From Amoebophrya sp. A120 (taxonomy: Eukaryota > Protista > Dinoflagellata): a stretch of DNA of 64,000 nt. The stretch's first letter is position 1. The number at the start of each line of letters is the position of its first letter. The DNA lies in the NCBI GenBank assembly GCA_905178155.1, contig CAJINV010000005.1, forward strand, positions 6,311,207 to 6,375,206. Direction: 5' to 3'. The notes below the pieces were generated by a model. It was not told where the DNA came from. It did not search any database and saw only the letters and a program-made list of their open reading frames with translations. Shown here piece by piece: positions 59,665 to 64,000 of the stretch. The position numbers and the translations under genes were made by a program.

Positions 59665-61066
59665 TTTTTGTTTTTTTTTTTTTTTTATATACAAATCACA
59701 AGCAAAAAACGGCGAAACTCATCATAGACAACTTCAGATCGGAGGTAGAATTGATCCAGGCTCGTCATCCATGTTTTGTCGCAGTTCGTGACTCGTGGTT
59801 CGTAAATGCCATCCGACTCCTTTGCCTCTCGGCTCCAGATCACTGTCTCCTTCTCCTCGTGACATGCTACAGTTGTTCACATGGTCAGCAGGCGGCGAGT
59901 CACACCACCGAGTTGTCTCCATCCTCGCTGCGCAAGAGAGTCGACAACTGTAGTGATGCGACGTCGCAGGTGCTATGTCGCTCTTCCTTTTTTCGGTGGT
60001 GTTTCTGTACCTGTTCCTAATGTCCTCTGTCCCGCCCCACACGCCTGCGAAAAAATGTCTAAAGGTCGGGCAATCGAACTCCACATATGTGGGTTTTGAA
60101 GAATCAACTTTGGGATCCTGAGATGCCATGACATGCATGACTGGGCGCGGCGCTCCTAGATGTTAGATGCTGCTTTTTGAAGTGAATACACAGGAGGAAG
60201 GTAGAGAAGAGGCAATTTTTAGTAGAAGTAGTTCATTTTTTAACTTATTCGCACGTTACTATCGCCACAAAAGATATATATCAAGAAGTAACCCATACTC
60301 TTTTCTTATAGCTCGCCTTGTTTCGCCTTTTGTCGTCCACTGTCTCTCGTTTTTGACATTTCCGCATTTTGTAGCTCCTTCACACAAAGCCAGTTTGATT
60401 TGCATTCAATGCCTCCATCGTGCTTTTTATCCTTTTTGTCTTAGGATCTCTCTTCACAACTTTTCCCCTCCCTCATTCTGCATCACAACTTGTTGCCGCA
60501 CGAACTTCATTATATCTTCTGCCTTTCTTGTCAGGCTAGGCACTTGTGCACTTCGCAGCAGCTTTTCACGCTGTGCATTTATCTCTTTTGTTCATACATC
60601 TTCATTTTTGAGCACAGTGGTCATTTCCATGTTGTTAAAAAATCAAGGACAAGATTGCTGCTTTCTTGTCAGAATCTTTCATGTGTATGTTGAAAAATTT
60701 TGCTTGCTCTCTCAAAAGGAGCCAAAGCTACTCTGCGCGTATTTTGTCTGAATGCCGACGAAGTTGCGTACTTGCGTAGGACCTTCTGCTTGTGCTGCAT
60801 GTCCGTGCTCATGCTACACCAGGATGCTCGGCTCATCCTGTGGGTTTGCAGTTGTCCGCTTACTGCCCCATTTGCATACTACTCCTGTTGCTTTCTGCAG
60901 TTGCATCGTCATGCAGAGAGAATAAACGCACCTTCGCTTCTCATGCTCCACCACTCCTGCTTACTTCAAAATTGTCAAAAATAGAAAAAGTCCTCGCATT
61001 ACAGCTGTTATGCCGCGGGAGGACATGATCTTCACGGCAACAGCAGCACGAGACTGCATTTTTTGT
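59617..61066 (-). mobile_element. 1340-bp poly(A)-ended insert (59672-61011) flanked by exact 55-bp direct repeats
   Basis: Identical 55-mers at 59617-59671 and 61012-61066. A T-run of ~15 nt starts at 59672, which is poly(A) at the 3' end on the minus strand. Confidence 0.72.
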
Positions 61067-61148
61067 CCTGATAGCCGTTCGCAGTTTTGCGAGTCGAATT
61101 TGAATTCGTTGCGGAGCAGGATGGTGGTCCACCTCGACGTGACAACTA

Positions 61149-61175
61149 ATCATCATCATCATCATCATCATCATC
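61149..61175. repeat. (ATC)n microsatellite
   Basis: About 9 tandem ATC units. Confidence 0.9.
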
Positions 61176-63122
61176 TTGCTTAGGTAAATACTTAACTTCA
61201 ACTACGCGGAAATAAAGAAGGGTACAACTGGAGAAAAAATCCGTCAATATAACTCTCAATCTCAATCAATCTCTTTCAGCCTCAAAGTTTGTTGTTCTCT
61301 TTTGCACTCAAAAGAAAACTTTACTTCTGACGATGTTTTCGCTCAAAGAAAGGTGAACTAGTGTATGCATTGTACTACTGCTTCTAGACAACTCCAATCA
61401 TCTCTACCTGCTGTATCGAACGACCTACTCGCAACATGAAAATTTCTCCGCTGATTGTGATTCTTCCCCGGCCCAGCACCTGAATAAGCCACGGAACAAC
61501 GACCATGTGCTGGGCTGCAAAAATTTTAGTACCGTCCTCTTGCTCCTCTACTTCGGCGTTCTCGAACACATATCTCCGTTGGTTCTTGAGAGGTGGATTA
61601 CACGCCATATGGAAAAAGTGATCGCCTGCTTCCCAAGCGACGAAGTGTAGAGTCAGTAGCGCAACAGCCCTCGCGCGAAAATAAACATGGCCAAAAGAGT
61701 TTGGTTTCTTGCAAGAAGCAGGACACCATATCGGACGGTCGACACACAAATTATAACCTGAAATGGTACGCTCCTTGGATGACGACGCCCAGAAACAAAT
61801 ATCAAGGAGAGAACCTCAATCATAGTATGTGTGCGCCAGTTTTTTAAGTACATCGGAACCGGGAAGGAGTATACGAGAGGAAAGAACGAGAAACGTAGGT
61901 AGTCCTTCTACAAAGGACCACCTCAGCTCTATCCTCCCCCACGGACCTCGAGCTCGATTCCTTTTTTGGTTCAAAATAAACTGTGCCCGACTTGGTAAAA
62001 GGCTTCTCAACATGGAAAAGCAGTTCTAGTTCAAAGCTAGATTGATTTCAAAAGCGTCAACGTTGAATAGGCTGCTCTTAGATGAAGCTAAATCTTGCGG
62101 TGAAGATATAGCCTGTGTGATCGGAGCTGGTGCGTGTCACAAGTTTCTTTGCGCGATTCCTTGTCTCCGTGATGTAATGTGTGCGGTTGATGTTGATGAC
62201 TAGGCCTCGTCGCAGTCGTACGGACCGCCTAAAAACGTATCCTCGCAATATGAAGGTTCTCGTGCGTTTCTTTCACTCGGGTGCGCTTTCAAAGATCCTT
62301 TACGTTAACGTTGCGAAAAAGATTGATAAAAATGGGGGAGTACTATGATGTGCGTGGGTTGCAACAGTGACGAATAAAAATACGCTCCACGAGTCCGATG
62401 CTTCGATCGTTTCGAGTTCACCCATCCCGCGGGGGAAGGGGGAGTAAAGAAAACAAAATGCGAAAGTAAAGATGATAGAAAAGTAGTAGACATCAGCGAG
62501 AATAAAAAGGTTCGATAACTTTGTCTGCTGGCAGTGAGCAAAAATCATACACAGATTATAGTTGGAGCTTGGTTATTGTAGAAATCATCTTACGTAGAAG
62601 TAGGGGGTTGAGCACTTGAGGTAGAACCACATAAGTAACTACAGCGCAAAAAAAGTACAACAAGCTCCGGGCGGCTCAGTTCTTTTTCCATTGGAAGGTA
62701 AACCGTCATCTCCTTCTCCCCCATCAACTACATGATCCCTACTCGAAAAATAAATAAAGTAGAGTTTACTTTTTACTCATACTCCGCACAAGGACGGTGT
62801 CGAGGTCGTCGAGAGATGAGGTTTACAATAAGTAGGAAGAGCTAAAAACTTGTTTTGTACATCCTTTGCGGGCGGGAAAGTTGATGAGGACGACGCCGGG
62901 TGTCCTTAACAACTTGTTTTCCACCTCTACTCGGTCATAAAGCATGTGCTTGCTCTGCCAAAAGATCAAGATTCCATGTGGACGATCCGAGTTTTCTTTC
63001 ACTTCAATGTAATGGGTAAAAGTAAATGATCTTTCAGCTTTCAGAATGCATGCATTTCTTGTAAACAAATCACCCTCCCGCAGCTGAAGGGGCGGGCATC
63101 ACGGGCTACTAGCGTTTTAATA

Positions 63123-64000
63123 CTAGGCCCACCCTTCTACTTCACCAACATGGCCATCGCTCTCCCGTAGAAGCAACTCCGCCTTTTCCACGTCCCCTCC
63201 TGATCTGCGCAAAGCTTCGAGCATTCTCCCCCGATCGGTGAAGCCCCTTTTCAGTAAAGCTTCCACCTCGCGTGCCCACCACGAGACCAAAGGTCGCTGC
63301 TGTGCGGACGGGGCGGAGGAGGAAGGTGCTTGTGCCCGCCGGTAGTCGCGCCCGACCGGTTCCGCTTTTGAAGAGGCAGATGCAGAACGACCAGATCTAC
63401 CTTTCTGTTTCCGAACGACCCTCCGGGGCAGTTCCAGTTTCTGCACCGATATGGAGCCGCCACGAGTTGTAGAAGCTTTTTCCAGGAGCACGCTGGCGGG
63501 TGGATGAGTCCTCGAAGTAAAAGATCTCGATCTACTCTTATTTTTGCCAGGTTTTTTCACCCTCCGGAGCAGACCTACTCCCGGACTCGGTCCAGGACAG
63601 GTGCCGGCGTCATACTTGCGACCATCTTCCTCGCTGCTGTCGCACATGTCGGCCCACTTGTCTTCATTTGCAGTCTGCCGAAGCTCCTGTACCTCCCATA
63701 CAGTTCGAAAGAGGTCGGGCGCCCCCGGCTCATCAGCTTGTCGCTTTTGTAATTTTGGTCGTGACCTCGCGACGGCCGGATCATGGACCGCGTCGACGTG
63801 CTGGTCGGAGTAGTAGAAGCCGGTGCTGCTGGTAGAAGTTCTCATCTTGCCTCTGTCGTTTCCGCCCTCGCTGCCCTCCTGCGGATCCTCGAGAGCCGAA
63901 CCTGCCAAGCAGAGCGGCGGCTGGTAATAGCCCTCACGGAAAAACGCGGCAACGTCTTCCTTGTTCCATCTCCGTTCGCACTGTCGTTTGAAAACCTCGT
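63123..64000 (-). CDS. Partial protein with C-terminal UBA domain (5' end beyond the window)
   Basis: EVEALLKRGFTDRGRMLEALRRSGGDVEKAELLL matches the UBA pattern. Frame is open to the window edge. Confidence 0.75.
   Translation of the reverse strand, partial: EVFKRQCERRWNKEDVAAFFREGYYQPPLCLAGSALEDPQEGSEGGNDRGKMRTSTSSTGFYYSDQHVDAVHDPAVARSRPKLQKRQADEPGAPDLFRTVWEVQELRQTANEDKWADMCDSSEEDGRKYDAGTCPGPSPGVGLLRRVKKPGKNKSRSRSFTSRTHPPASVLLEKASTTRGGSISVQKLELPRRVVRKQKGRSGRSASASSKAEPVGRDYRRAQAPSSSAPSAQQRPLVSWWAREVEALLKRGFTDRGRMLEALRRSGGDVEKAELLLRESDGHVGEVEGWA

Noticed and set aside
60167-60751. 194-aa plus-strand ORF
   Set aside because: F/S/C-rich composition typical of an antisense frame, located inside the poly(A)-ended insert, with no recognisable motif.

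Overview
Eukaryotic genomic DNA, most consistent with a syndinian dinoflagellate of the Amoebophrya type. This is an inference from the intron architecture, the long S/T/Q-rich protein insertions and the single-strand gene cluster. Nine protein genes were reconstructed by hand, all on the minus strand: two low-complexity proteins, a DHHC palmitoyltransferase, a multi-TM protein, a divergent SET-domain protein, a Rad5-like HIRAN/SNF2/RING helicase, a membrane-anchored protein with four copies of an unrecognised domain, a Stealth-family protein and a partial UBA protein. About one third of the window consists of 86 short elements in about 14 sequence families. They have terminal inverted repeats with TAT...ATA ends (a few GTA or CAT variants) and a 5-bp target-site duplication (TSD), perfect in 65 of 86. 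Of these, 82 sit in coding sequence, and in every case removing the element plus one TSD copy restores the reading frame without needing GT-AG, so they behave as non-canonical introner introns. All families share one internal motif (GCATNACAAA / TTTGTNATGC) in both orientations. Other features: three unrelated inserts each flanked by an exact 55-bp direct repeat, a twin introner with no exon between its halves, a paired empty/filled insertion site, and two GC-rich decayed LINE-type reverse transcriptase relics. No rRNA, tRNA, CRISPR array or transposase gene was found. All coordinates and counts were made by eye and may be off by a base.
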